A stretch of DNA of 64,000 nt from Oedothorax gibbosus (lineage: Eukaryota): the NCBI GenBank assembly GCA_019343175.1, contig JAFNEN010000097.1:29448-93447 (forward strand). The letters are read 5' to 3'. Made by a program: the position numbers and the translations under genes. The notes below the pieces were generated by a model that was not told where the DNA came from, ran no database searches, and was given only the letters and a program-made list of their open reading frames with translations. Of the stretch, positions 1 through 12,420 are shown piece after piece; position 1 is the first letter of the stretch; each line of letters begins with the position of its first letter.

Positions 1-116
1 TATATTTCTTTATACATTTATTTTTAAACTAAAGTGTACCCAACCTATATTTTTTTAATACATGCAATGAAATTTAACATTTTTGAAAATAGGTAACATT
101 CAATGTTATTTTACAG

Positions 117-167
117 AAACAAATCAAAGAAAAACCTAAACAGGTATCAAAAGCCAAAGCAAAACAG
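117..167 (+). CDS. Candidate internal coding exon of a lysine-rich multi-exon gene (KQIKEKPKQVSKAKAKQ)
   Basis: Polypyrimidine tract and AG acceptor (ttttacag) at 111-116 and GTAAAT donor at 168. Open 51-nt frame, multiple of 3. Composition matches the other K-rich exons downstream. Confidence 0.3.
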
Positions 168-769
168 GTAAATAATTCACAAATCATTAAAATTCAATTC
201 TGATTTTAATTATGATTATCATATGTTTTCTAAGAATATGCGAGTTTCGGATCCAGGACAGTAGATATTGGTTTTAGTGAAGTTGAAAAACTTGTCATTA
301 AGTTTATTCTATAATCGTTCGTAGTTTAAAGTTTTTTCTGCAGCTGTCCCACATGCTGCATTTTAACTTTTCCAATTTTGCTTTTGTTTTCTTTATAATT
401 CATTGGGGAAAAAAAGAAATTCCAAAGGCAAAAGGTATCGATTGGTAATCAATGTAGTGGGCGAAGCTCACCGTGTTAAGCCACCAATCACCGAAACCAT
501 CACTGAAATACAGGAGTGAAATCAGGAATGAATTAAGTCCCATAAAACAAGCCAATTGATTTGAAACAAATACTTTGCGAGCGAGTGTCCGAGTACTTCC
601 GATCCTGTTCAGTTCGAAAAAAAAGCGAAGTTCATTATAAACATAATTGGGTAATGTTAGAAAGGCGTTATTTCAAATAAGGATTTGAATACCCCTTAAA
701 CTATTGGTCTATTTTCGTTTTTTTTTCAACAATTAATTATATAACAAAAAAACTAACTACCTAAACTCC

Positions 770-1050
770 TCGGCGTAACAGCCTGTTATTGGGCCAAGGC
801 CTACCGTTCCCATTTCAGCTTACGTGACCAAGGGATCTGGGGTGCTAGGCATATATCGTGGTTTGGTGATCAATCTCGCGCGGAAAGCCGAGTGTTTAGT
901 TCCCAAGCATGATTTGTCCTCAGTTTATCTACCTACTTAAGGGATGAAATTATGAGTCCAACACGCACAATCCGGGACACGGTCCCCGAACCTGTGGCAT
1001 TGCAATGCGAAGCTCTACCACTAAGCCACTGGGCCTTTTCCACTGGGCCA
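770..1050 (-). mobile_element. tRNA-derived SINE-like element (head resembles tRNA-Ala(UGC)); 5' boundary approximate
   Basis: The minus strand reads ggcccagtggcttagtggtagagcttcgcattgcaatgccacaggttcggggacc, with A box TGGCTTAGTGGTAGAGC, anticodon loop ttgcaat and B box GGTTCGGGGACC. There are no intact acceptor stems. Confidence 0.5.
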
Positions 1051-1967
1051 CTTACTTAACTAATTTTATAAAAAAAAATAGTAATTATGTTTATAGAATG
1101 GTATCTCTACAATTCTACAATATGTTTAAATTTCATGCCTTGGGTCTTCGCTTATGAAATAATGAATACATTTTCACTTTTTTTCTTATTTTACAGTAAG
1201 ATTGGTTTATGCAAGTATACAGCAACATTTATCGATAAAAATATTCCATATAATTTTAAAGCGCAAAGTACTGCAGGAAATTCCTTACCGTCTCTTTTCC
1301 CGAACGTAATGTTTAGTTTGGTGCTCTGGAAATCAGATTTATTTGCAAAAAAATAGATAAATTTGAATTTTAAATTAAACTAATACTATTTCCTAACAAA
1401 AAAACTGCTACGAAATTTTGGTTTTTCACATTTAAAATGGGGATTTCTCATCCCTTATTTTCATCCATTCTCATCCATTTATTTTCAGATTAACCTAAAT
1501 ATTAACAGTTTTTTAAGCTGTTTAGAATATCGATTAAACTGGACCAGTTTAACCCAAAGCTTTAAATGACCGGCGGAGCTAGAAATGTTCGCTCTCGAAG
1601 GGCTGAATTGCTCGCGTTCGAAGAGTTTGAATTAAATTCCTTCCTTAGTTTTGGTATAACACTACAAAATTTCATGGGTCTTATAAAAGTTCTTACGAGA
1701 TTTCTTTTAAAATGGCATAAAGCACCTTCAAAACTTTAGTAGCATCAATGAACAAAAAAGAACATTGTTTAATAGTACAGCAGAGGGATAAAACAATCAA
1801 CCCTGCGTTTTTCGGCTGCTATTGGTCAAGGAATTTTGTGAAAGGTGTCAAATTACAATATCAGTGAACGATGTAGATTTCCATATTTGCACCCCCTTCT
1901 CTTGTATTGAAAATTGAGTCTCTTTTTTTTAGACAACCGTAACATATCTTTTATTTTAATTCTCTAG

Positions 1968-2075
1968 GTGAAGCCTAAACAAGAAATAAAACAAGAAGTC
2001 ATCGAAATAGATGATGTCAGTTCAAAGAGTGGAAATCTAACGACGAGGCTAAATCGAAACGGCGGGCGTCAAGAG
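1968..2075 (+). CDS. Coding exon, cassette copy 1 (VKPKQEIKQEVIEIDDVSSKSGNLTTRLNRNGGRQE)
   Basis: tctctag acceptor at 1961-1967 and GAG|GTAATG donor at 2076. 108 nt, phase 0. Homologous to the exons at 5778 and 12066, flanking intron sequence included. Confidence 0.45.
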
Positions 2076-2098
2076 GTAATGGCAACCCTATTATTATA

Positions 2099-3777
2099 CC
2101 CCTGGCAAAAAGTATCCGATCACCGAAAGCAGTGCCTACGATACGTTCACATCAGTCGTCATTTTTTTTACAATTTTAATATTTTTTCAAACCTTAGAGG
2201 GTTTTTTGTGAAATATGACTAAATTTGTCAAGGAATATTAAATATAAACAGAATATAAAATTATAGTTAACAATTTTCACGAGAAAATACATTGAATCGT
2301 GAAGGAAAAAAGTTTCCGATCATCCTTTTGTGGGGAAAAAAATATTCGATCGCTAGCAAATGCAACGTATTTTAAGTGATATATGCAATTTTTTTTGGTC
2401 GGCGCGTGCGTACAAGATCTAAGTAAACAGTATAAAAGGTTGAATCGTTGTTTCACAGTTAAAACTAGTTTCGAATAAGCAAAAGTATGGATCGAAAGAA
2501 AGAATTGTCTTAAGAGCTAAAACTTTTAATTGTTAAACGCTTGAAAAGCGGAATATCTCAAAGAAAGGTTGCTCACACTTTTGCCTGTGCCCAAAGTACT
2601 GTTTGCGATTTTTGGAAAAAATATCGATCTACTAATGATGTCAAAAATCTTCCTCGAAGCGTTGGCCCACGTGCAACATCAAGTAGGTAAGACAAAAAAT
2701 CGGTTGATCTTGCCAAATCTATGAGAAGTTGTGCGTTGAAAGAACTTAATACCGAGTGATAGAAATATCGGGTAAAGGTATGTGCACGTACAGTGCGAAA
2801 CCGTTTAAACGCAAAACGATTTCACTTCTGCAAAGCCAAAACGAAACCATATATGGCTAAAAACCATAACAAAAGTCGTCTACAATGGTGCAAGAAACAT
2901 AAAAGCTGGTCTTCTGATGATTGTAAGAAGGTTATTTTTAGTTATGAATCTCGTATCTGCCTAGAAACTGGAGATGATGTTGGAATCTGTGTGGAGGAGA
3001 GCTGATGAAAGGTTCAAAAAAGATTGCCTCAAAACTAAAACTAAATATCAGCGTTCATTTTATAGTGTGGAGTTGTATGACTTCCGAAAGAGTCGGTAAA
3101 ATGTGTATAGTGTCGCGAACAATTAATTCTGAAGTGTATATTGACATTTTAGAACATTTTTTGATTCCTACCATCGAGGAAAGGTTTGACGACTCCTCCT
3201 ATTTCAATTTATCAAGATGATAACGCATCATGTCATCGAAGTAAACTGGCCAAGAATTTCTTAAATCGAAATGGAAATTCTCCAATAAAGACTATTGATT
3301 GGTCTGCAAATAGTCAGGATCTCAATATAATCGAAAATGTTTGGAATGTTTTGAAAAGAAACATTGATGAGAGAAGACCAACAAATATGGAAAAACTACG
3401 GCTAGCCATCAAGGAAAGCTGGAGTGAACTTCCATCAAATTTATGCCACGAGTTGGTCGCATCCATGCCTCGGTGCTTAAAAGCAGTAATCAAGGCATAA
3501 GGAGGACCCACTAAATATTAAAGTGACTTGATCGAATACTTTTTTCCCCAAAAAGGGATGATCGGAAACTTTTTTCCTTTACGATTCAATGTATTTTCTC
3601 GTGAAAACTGTTAACTATAATGTTATTTTCGGTTTATATTTAATATTCTTAGACTAATTTAGTCATATTTCACAAAAAACCCTCAAAGGTTTGAAAAAAA
3701 AAAAAATTAAAAAATGACGGCTGATATGAACGTATCGTAGGCACTGCTTTCGGTGATCGGATACTTTTTGCCAGAGG
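2099..3777 (+). mobile_element. Tc1/mariner-like DNA transposon (~1.68 kb) with ~140-bp terminal inverted repeats and a decayed transposase
   Basis: Left end 2099-2240 and right end 3640-3777 are near-perfect reverse complements (cctggcaaaaagtatccgatcaccgaaagcagtgcctacgatacgttca...). The internal ORFs encode a Tc1-type DDE transposase. Confidence 0.85.
2466..3500 (+). pseudogene. Tc1-family transposase pseudogene, frameshifted and with stop codons
   Basis: N-terminal HTH-like stretch (..ISQRKVAHTFACAQSTVCDFWKKYRS..) is interrupted by stops. The C-terminal part is split over three frames (ORFs 2793-3005, 3005-3220, 3186-3500) and contains YQDDNASCHRS and NSQDLNIIENVWNVLKRNI, matching the Tc1 DD34E catalytic motifs DNAPCH and SPDLNPIENLW. 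Confidence 0.75.
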
Positions 3778-4496
3778 TTGTACTGACGATGTTCATCTAG
3801 AACAAAATGCTTAACTGATAGAAACACACTGAGTTCAGTGTGCAAATAGACCAAAAACACATGTAAATAATCCTTATTCACAAAGTGAATAAGGTTTAAT
3901 TCTAGCATCCGTTGGCGAGATTATGTTCACCCTTTTTTTAGCTTGTCGTTTTGAAAAGACACAACCTAAATATTACCTTTTTCGACTTGGAGATTTCCCC
4001 CTAAATGCTTTCAAAATTAATGCTTTAATATCTCATCAAATAATGCAAAATAAATAATTATTTTTTATATCTGGGGTATTTTGAAGGTGCTGAACATTTG
4101 TATGTAAAAAAAATTGGGTGCTGCCTTTAGAAATTTCAAAGTTGGTACTCATTTTAATATGCAAACGACCCCATACCCTTTTTGTTGCCATTAATCAATT
4201 CCTAATGCTATTTTCTGAAAAATGGTTTTCTTTCACAAAAGCCCTTGATCAATAGCAGCCGAGTAACGAGGAGTGAAGCGGTTTTTTCCCCAGCTGTACC
4301 TTTGCTAAATATTTATCGGTTCACATAATATCAAAATCCATAATGTTTTCATCCAATGAAAATATTATTTTTTTTAAATAAATGAAATATTTAGGGTGCA
4401 GAAATCGTTTCCTGAAAAGCTGTTAAGGTTTACAGATTTTGTTTTAAATCATAGAAAGTTAATAAGTTTATTGGAATAATATTTTCTCTTTTACAG

Positions 4497-4583
4497 ATAA
4501 AATCCAAGCAACAGGCCAAGGTCACAAAGACCAAAAGGACAAGGAAGGACAAAAAGGCCACCAAGAGGCAATCCCAAGCAAAG
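4497..4583 (+). CDS. Coding exon of the lysine-rich gene (IKSKQQAKVTKTKRTRKDKKATKRQSQAK)
   Basis: ttttacag acceptor at 4489-4496 and AAG|GTAAAT donor at 4584. 87 nt, phase 0. Basic, K/R-rich and probably a nuclear-localisation-like segment. Confidence 0.45.
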
Positions 4584-5777
4584 GTAAATCATTCTTCATT
4601 ATGTAAAATACAATTACTTATAAAGCACAATAAGTTATCAAGTAATAAAGTATCAAAATGATACATCTAATGAATCGAAGTATTTTCTTACTTTTGATAC
4701 TTTTAGCCTACCTTTCTTTCTTTAAAATTCGAAAGAATTTTTAAACAATGAAAAAGAAGGCATTGACATGCTGACGATGTCCGTCTGTCCATCCGTACGC
4801 CCTTTCCAAAATTGTTTTTTTTGCATTAAAATTTGGTTAGTTAAATTTACATTACTTATTTTTTAAGTGCTGTTCAGTGTGTTCCCCCTATTTCAAAATA
4901 GCCTATGACTTACCCGATGTATGTTTCCGCGGCATCTCAAACAGAAATACGTAGTTAGAATGGTATGTACACATATGCACCATAGATGCAATGTATGAGG
5001 ACAATATAGATGTTTCCGCATCTGCATGTTTCTATGTTACCCGCGCTGTTACCCAAACTAGATTTGAAGAGTTACGTTAAGAAAAAGTTAACATGAATTT
5101 ATTGAAATCCAACAATACTTTTCCTTTAACTCGAAACACAAAATAGTACACAACCTTTACCTGGAACTCCCGACTGATTCCTAGCTTTTTAGCTTCCACA
5201 CTACGTTTATAACGTAAAAAGTGAAAAGATACGCTGTTAAAAAATTCTTTAATTCTTTTAAATATAAATTAAAAGAAATTTTATTTTTGCGACATCAGTC
5301 AGTTTGAAATGACGTCAAATATACTTCACTAGGAGATTCTTTGTTTGTATGCTGATATGAAATGTTTTGGTTCTATTTAAAAGAGAGGAATGTTACGTAT
5401 TTATTCTTTGAAATATAAATTTTATTTTTGCAAACGATAATAATTATTAATGAAATAATCATTGAATTCTCAAAATAAAATAAATGAAACTAGCCAAATT
5501 TACCTTGTAAATGTTTATTATAGAATTAATATTGTGTTTGGCGACTTTTTTCCTGTTGAACACAAATGTTGTGGGGAAGCGCGCTCGGTGACAGATTCTG
5601 TTACAAACCTACTTGTTTGACTTGACATAGACGAGAGAGATTGGTTACGTTAGTCAGTCCTAGAGAGTAAAGCATTCGAAGTACCTTCGATTTCCATATT
5701 TGCACCCCATTCTCTTGTATTGAAAATTTAGTCTCTTTAGAGACAACCGTAACAGATATTTTATTTTAATTCTATAG

Positions 5778-5879
5778 GGCAAGCCTAAACAAGCGGTTCT
5801 TCAAGTTAAAACTGTGGAGTCAGAAGAAAAGGAGAAGGCGGAAAGGGCTCGATTTTTACAGATGCAATTTCGTATCGAG
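5778..5879 (+). CDS. Coding exon, cassette copy 2 (GKPKQAVLQVKTVESEEKEKAERARFLQMQFRIE)
   Basis: tctatag acceptor and GAG|GTACGA donor. 102 nt, phase 0. Paralogous to the exons at 1968 and 12066. Confidence 0.5.
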
Positions 5880-6122
5880 GTACGACATATATTGATTTAA
5901 AAATAAAGAGAAGTTTTTTAAATCTTACTCCACGTAGTTGGTACATTGACACACGCTGTAATAAAAATTTGTTACTTTTACGGAAAAAAAATACTGTTAT
6001 TTTCTTTGAACAGTTTTTTCTATAATAATATTCTTTTTAAAATAATAACTATATTTTACTAGTTTTTCACCGCGTAAAGATGACTAGACTGCAACCGAAT
6101 AACGATTTTAACTGTTTGTGAA

Positions 6123-6262
6123 AACTAAGCTTGCCGAAACTTCTTATTTGGAGAGCGATGGACTGAAGATCTAAAAATCCGTGGCACGAGACCGTGTTCA
6201 GTAGTTTATTAATCCTCGGTAGTTATTGTGGTCAATATCCCCGCCTGTCACTGGGGTGACTG
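6123..6262 (+). mobile_element. tRNA-Phe-derived SINE-like element (degenerate copy)
   Basis: cttgccgaaacttcttatttggagagcgatggactgaagatctaaaaatccgtggcacgagaccgtg resembles tRNA-Phe(GAA), with the A box, the CTGAAGA anticodon loop and a decayed T arm. The better copy is at 12421. Confidence 0.5.
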
Positions 6263-7096
6263 AGAGATATAAAATTTCATTTTTTTCCTTCGTACAATTT
6301 ATCTGTTAAAAAACTTCTTTTGCGATCAAATTACAAATTGTTCATATAAAATAAAGAGATTATTTCTGTAAATTATACAGATTTTTTCTGGCACAAAAGC
6401 TAACAGTTTTTTTCTTCTGTAAAAACAACATACTTTTTTAACAGTACAGAGGGTTCGGCAAGATGACTAAAGGCAATACTTTCAAATTGAAAAATTATTA
6501 TATTTGAATAGAATTATATTTTATTTATTATATTTGAATTTGAAAGATCCACAGAAACAGTTTAAGATTTTAAGTGGTCAATTTTTCTGTTATAAGATTG
6601 TTTTTTTCTATTCTAGTGTGTATGTGTAATTGATTGCATTGTCAATTAGACATTGAGGCTGAAATTTAACTGAAACGCTTCGAATTCGCACCAGATTGAC
6701 CTGCAAATACGATCGGTTTGAGCTCCGCCCTGCAAACGCTCTCAAAAAACCGTATTTAACTTCTCAAACCACGCGAATTCGTGCTCAAGGGCGTGTCATT
6801 CGAGCATTCGATAAGAATACTACACCTGCCTCTTTTTACGTGAAGTTGACCAATGAAATAATTCGAAAATCACTGGATATATAGAGAAGAGCCAATCCCG
6901 TTCTTAAGATTCATCCAAAGCGTTTACGTTCTTTTCAATGAATCGTTTAAAAAAACGAATCTTTTGATTCGTTCTTTTTTGGCCAAGCGAGTTGGAACGA
7001 TTCGTTATCCAAACGATACATAATAAACTTCTTATTAGGCAAATCTATTGGGTTTCCCCTCACAGCTTAATAAGTTTCCGGTTGGGGTTTCTTTTT

Positions 7097-7180
7097 TTCT
7101 TGTAAAAATAATATGGTATTTGACATTTTTTAAGGTGTTCTTGTAAAAATAATATGGTATTTGACATTTATATTGAGTGC
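7097..7180. repeat. Tandem duplication, ~43-bp unit x2 (cttgtaaaaataatatggtatttgacatt)
   Basis: Direct sequence repeat. Confidence 0.8.
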
Positions 7181-8094
7181 GAAACAGTAAACAAACAGTT
7201 CGCACCCGATCGCTCGAATGGCCTGAAACCAATCGTGGCTTGACGTCATTCGCGCGCGACGGATTTGTTTCATTTCAATTGAAGAGCTTGGTGGAAGAAC
7301 GTGCTAAGTGACAAAAAGGTGAAAACGGGATAATGAGCTTCAAAGTTTTTAGTTTGCAACTTCTCTCTCATTCACAAAATTATAGTTTTTTTTTGCATGA
7401 TATTTTAGTTTGGTTTTTCAAAATGCTTGGTGGCTTTTGGCTTAACCGTAATTTACGTAATAACACGAAATTTACAAAACGCGCTTGACACCTCATGCAC
7501 TTGGCACGTTTTTCCTCCGAAGTGCTTCAGATTTTGGCAGTCGTTTAGTTCAAGAACGTGTTAAGTGACATTTTTGAGGAATTTTGGTCCATACCTGTTT
7601 CATAATTTCTGTACTAACCTTCCGATTTTCAAAATTCTTTTTCTGTTTGGAAGATAGGACTTCACAGATCTCTTTTATACTTTTTAATCGTTTGCCTGTC
7701 CGTCCATCATGTTGTCCGTCCATATCCCTTTCAATTTCCGATCCAAAGTGCCTGATTTTGAAAATTATTTTTTTGGTTCGAAGTAAAAAGTTAGATGACT
7801 ACAATGTATAGTGTTTAGCCACCTGCCTGTACGTCTGTTATTTTGTTTCTGTCCGTACGTCCTACTACCCTCCCCCCCCCCCAACTTCCTTTGTACCCGT
7901 CCAATTTTTAAAGTTATTGCTTTCATTTACCTAATATAAAATATAAGGTAATAAAACTATTGCGATGGGGGGTCAATAATCCAAAATGAATATTTTGTGC
8001 TTTCTACACGTTTTGGAGGGTGCTCATTCTAAAAAAATTGTTTTTTTTTTACATTGATCCGTCTGTCTGTCTGAAACTACTTTACAGTTCGAAA

Positions 8095-8370
8095 TAAAAG
8101 AGCTACGGACTTCCAATTTAGTACACGGGTTCCTAGTTCCTGTTGGGCGTCATAATAAGGTTTTCGAGAAAATTGCGCATGCGCAAGTAGAAGCTGCTAT
8201 AAAGTTTTTTTGGTTTTAAAGGTATTGCTGAACAACGAAAATAGATACATACTTCAAATTTGATACACGTGTTCCCTGTACTAGTCGGACGTCAAAATAA
8301 AGTTTTCTACAATATTGTGCATGTGCAAGGAGTAGCTGCCATAGAACTTTTTAGGTTTGAAAGTTATTGA
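8095..8370. repeat. Diverged tandem repeat, ~140-bp unit x2
   Basis: 'aaataaaagagctacggacttccaatttagtacacgggttcc...gcgcatgcgcaagtagaagctgctataaag' is followed by a diverged copy 'aaatagatacatacttcaaatttgatacacgtgttcc...gtgcatgtgcaaggagtagctgccatagaac'. Confidence 0.6.
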
Positions 8371-8388
8371 AAATACTTTATAAGGTAT

Positions 8389-8680
8389 ATAGGGTAGACT
8401 AACCAGTGAATGAACGCTTAAGCCAAGTGAATGAACAGTTCTTTACCAGTGAATGAACACAAAAATATCCAGTCAATAAACATGTTGGATTTTAATTAAA
8501 AACTAGATTCATTGACATTTTCATGCTCAGTATTTATTTTACAAGTCTTACTGACAACTAGAAAAAAGGTTTCTCCAATTCATCCAGTGGAATGATTTTC
8601 AATCCTTATTTTTTAAATGTATTTTCCAACTGTTCATTCACTGGGGCCTGTTGTTCACTCACTGGTCAGTCTACCCTATA
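8389..8680. mobile_element. MITE/foldback element (~290 bp) with ~30-bp TIRs
   Basis: Left end tatagggtagactaaccagtgaatgaac and right end gttcattcactgg..ctggtcagtctaccctata are reverse complements. The arms carry cagtgaatgaac subrepeats. Confidence 0.7.
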
Positions 8681-10803
8681 ACTTTTATATGAGCATATTG
8701 ATATATAGTGTTACACATCCCTAGTTTTTTTTTTAAGATATCAGTCACCTATCTTATATTTTTTGTACCTCCGTCTGCCCCTACTATAAGGATTTCTTTG
8801 AGTATTTAAGCTAAAAAAAAAGTAGGTTATATAAGTTATTTTAGAACTTCTTGCTTAATGTTAGATGAGTAAGTTTTTAATTGAAAATATTTTTAAAAAA
8901 TACCATTATCACTGAAATTATAAACTAAATACTTTGAAGAATAATAAGATAAATCAACTTATTAAAAAGTATACAAAAAGATAGTAAAAGAAACACAAAT
9001 GCATGTGAATGAAATAAATATTAAATTTAAAAGACTTATAAAAAAAAGATAATAATGCAAGATGTAAGTTTTCTCAAATTAAATTTTTAAATAGTTTTTG
9101 ATAAGAATAATCGAATTTAAAAACAAACTTTGATATTAAAAAAAAAGTAAAAATAAGTTGTATGGCAAGATATAGATCTTAAGGTTATTTACGTTTTTCT
9201 TTCTCCTTTTCAATTAAGTGTTTAATCAATTTTAAGAAAGCTATTTTAATTTACAGCATTTCTACAACAGTACAACATGATCGTTTAAACAATTTATTTT
9301 TACAATCGTGATGCATAGTACTTTTTTAAAGTCATCGATATTTTAATAAATATTATGAACTTATAACATTTTATATTTTGTTATTTTATTTTTACATCAA
9401 TTATTATAAAAATATTTTAGTTTTACCTAACAAAGCAATATCTTGATTAAATTTGTACTTACCTATAAGCTGCTATTCACACTTTCAAGCAAAAATTCAG
9501 TTTTCCGAATTGCTTCTTAATTCCATTTTAATAATTTTAGGAGTTTAGGACATTGCACAAAATGCGTTCGATAGCTTTAGATATCAAACATAAAATGGCT
9601 TTAAAACGATTTTTGTACCCATAATTCATTTTTTTAAACAAACCAGATGCTTTTAATGTTCGGTGCAATGTTGTTTTAACGCAAACTGCGATCTCCATAG
9701 AGCAGGTGCAACTTTGTTTTAATTATACCATCTGTTCGCTGCTAAATTATCTATGTTTATTACAATAAAAATCAGACGACATTCAAAGTAGACAATATTT
9801 TATAAAATGTTAAAACCTTTAATTCCGTCTAAATTTAAAATCAAAATGCATTTTTTTCCCTCTTTTGCTAAATGCACTCAAAGCCCAGTTTTACGCAATA
9901 TAAATTTTATTTTATTGATTATATTTAATAATTAAAGTTAATTAGGAAATATTAATTACATTTTGTTGAATTCTTTTTGATTAATACTACAAGAGAACCA
10001 TTTGTTTTGCTATTAATGCAAGCGAAAGTATGAAAATTTTCCGCAAACGTGTCACTTAGCACGTTTTTCCACTAAACGATCGTTCCGAAATCGGGCGATT
10101 TCGTTGGAAGAAAATGCTAAGGATCTTTAGCACGTTCTTCCATTGAAAAGTGACGAAAACGCGTGCACCTACCAACTTCGTATGCGAAAAATATACGAAA
10201 TCGAATGTTTTCTAAAAAATTGAAAGCTGTTATGTTTAAAGCAAGTAATAACATGATCATTGACACAAAAATCTCAATTTTTTCAAAAATGTCACTTAGC
10301 ACGTTCTTCCACTCAGCTCTTCAATTAGGAAATGAGCAAAATCTTCAAATCTCCACCCATCCGCAGGCGAATCGATCGCGTTGCGTTTCAGTTAAATTTT
10401 GCCCTAAGTGTGCTTATTTGTATGCCCCTCTCTAACTAAGGAGCTTTATGTACCAGCCTCAAGGTTCCTTGGATCTTAATAGAAAGGACTATGTGTGTCG
10501 TTTAAATAGGTTATTTATACTGTTTGCACCAAAGCGGTCGTGAGTAGATTTTTGAGTTTGACCGCATACTGGGGAGTCCTTATCATTTAAACGTTTAAGT
10601 TGGTGTAAATACGATTATGGGTTAGATGATGATAGAATGTTTGCTTGGTTCACGTTGATGGTATTATAATTTTCATTAAAAATCAAACTAAATTTGATAC
10701 TGTAATCTCTTCCAAAAAGTAAATTTGATGTAAAAAATTTTAGGTAAAACTAAAAGATTTTTAGGTGTAGATTTTGTTTAGCAACACGAAAAATTATATA
10801 CAG

Positions 10804-11552
10804 TACGTGTACCCAATATTGACAGTGCTCTTAATATGGACACCACTAATATCTTTGAAATGTAAATTTTTAATCGAGAGATAGTTACATGTCCGTGAAG
10901 AAAAGCAGTTAAAAATATTTTAGCCTGGAAAGTGCAAAAAAGCGCGTTGTTCTACCCTTTTGAAGGTAATTTATATTTTCGTGGTGTGGTGATCTTAATT
11001 ATAGGAATGCTTATATCCTTATGATATATTGTATAATTACTTTAAATATTTAAAAGTGGAGTGTTTTTTAAAGACTCTAAGACAAATTTAGATTGAAATG
11101 GTAAATATTGCTTGATAATGTCTTATAAGTATATTTACTATAAGATTTAGAACTACGCCTGATTCCCAATATGGACACCTTATGTCCCCTAGAAGTGTGC
11201 ACAGAATCTTCATATTCACAAATTTGTTACATATATATGTTTAATAGGATCTTTTTAGCTAATTGTTAATAAATTATTGTTCATACTAGTGACATTGCCG
11301 CACTTTGACGGTCTTCGGAGAGCCACAACAGAAAATGACCTCCTTCTAAATCGCCAGTTTTAAAGATATTTACTCTGTTCTCTTTCCTCCGCAATACTTT
11401 AAGATATTTTTTTTATACCTTCTCTTCTAAATCCCTTTAAAGAGAAAGTCTTTCATCCATTCTCCATAACAATCCACCCGTCCCTAATATGGACATGCAT
11501 GTCCATAATATTAATTAATTTTTCTTGGGGTGTCCATATTGGGTACAGGTAC
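10804..11552. mobile_element. Non-autonomous DNA transposon (~750 bp) with TIR GTAC(G/C)TGTACCCAATAT(T/G)GACA
   Basis: Left end gtacgtgtacccaatattgacag (10804-) and right end tgtccatattgggtacaggtac (11527-11552) are inverted. Subterminal copies of aatatggacac lie at 10845, 11170 and 11484-11503. There is no long ORF. Confidence 0.6.
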
Positions 11553-11700
11553 TATACTCATCAACAAGATTACATAGAAAAGTGTTTGAAAGGTTTTCAG
11601 TGTTTAAGTGTCCAATTTCGTCCTTGCCTATTTAAAAACATGTGGTTTTGTCTAAAAATGACTGTCCTTCAACCAAAGACGAATAACTAAATGAATCATT

Positions 11701-11800
11701 TACACTCTTAAAACAAACGAGCGGTTTTAACTCAGTCTGAGTTAATTTCCACTCCTTCGTGCCGAAATGCACTTCTCCTATAGAGTGAATTTCACTCTTT
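11701..11800 (+). mobile_element. Short MITE (family with 16-bp TIR ACACTCTTAAAACAAA), copy truncated at its 3' end
   Basis: Shares acactcttaaaacaaacgagcggttttaactcagtctgagttaatttccactcc...cacttctcctatagagtgaatttcactct with the full copies at 11839 and 21485. Confidence 0.7.
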
Positions 11801-11838
11801 TTCGGAGTGGTAAAGAAATAAAGAGACAATCTGCGTCT

Positions 11839-11948
11839 ACACTCTTAAACGAGCGTTTTACTCAGTCTGAGTTAATTCCACTCTTTCCGGTGCCGAAAAT
11901 GCACTTCTCCTATAGGAGTGAATTTCACTCTTTTGTTTTAAGAGTGTA
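11839..11948 (+). mobile_element. Short MITE, same family, tandem to the previous copy
   Basis: Ends in ...gaatttcactcttttgttttaagagtgta, which is the right TIR. Confidence 0.7.
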
Positions 11949-12065
11949 CCTTTACCGAAACATTATTGGTTGTCTATATAATTGATTGTCTAATATAACT
12001 GAAGTGTATAATATAATTAGTCTCTTTAGAGAAAACTGTAGCAGTTCTTTTGTTCAATTCTATAG

Positions 12066-12161
12066 AACCAGCGACAACAAGAAATTATAGTCAAAACCGA
12101 GCCTGAAGAAGAAGATGAGTATGAGAGAATGACGTTTTTGAGGATGCAATTTGGTTTGAAA
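12066..12161 (+). CDS. Coding exon, cassette copy 3 (NQRQQEIIVKTEPEEEDEYERMTFLRMQFGLK)
   Basis: tctatag acceptor at 12059-12065 and AAA|GTACGAC donor. 96 nt, phase 0. The FL(Q/R)MQF motif is shared with the exon at 5778. Confidence 0.5.
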
Positions 12162-12420
12162 GTACGACCTATATTGATTTTAAAATAAAGAGTTTTTTTT
12201 TAAATCTTACTCTACGTAGTCGATACGATGACACACACTGTAAAAAATGGGCTAATTTTACAGAAAAATACTTGTATTTACAAAAAATAACGTTATTTTC
12301 TTTGAACAGTTTTTTCTGTAAAAATGTTCTTTTTAAAGTAAAACCAATATTTTTTCGTTTTTAACCGCGTAAAGATGACTAGACTGCAATCGAACAACGA
12401 TTTTAACTGTTTGTGAAAAA

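Larger units (their letters stand above)
5690..6500 (+). repeat. Segmental duplication copy A (~0.8 kb) carrying exon cassette 2 and a tRNA-Phe-derived SINE
   Basis: Collinear similarity to 12000-12790: exon, GTACGAC donor, 'ttaaatcttactccacgtag...' and 'ccgcgtaaagatgactagactgcaa...gtggcacgagaccgtgttcagtagtttattaatcctcggtag...'. The 100 bp upstream of the exon also match 1861-1967. Confidence 0.8.

Noticed and set aside
1087-1356. 89-aa plus-strand ORF next to the SINE
   Set aside because: AT-rich, with no splice context consistent with the neighbouring exons and no motif. It is more likely intronic.
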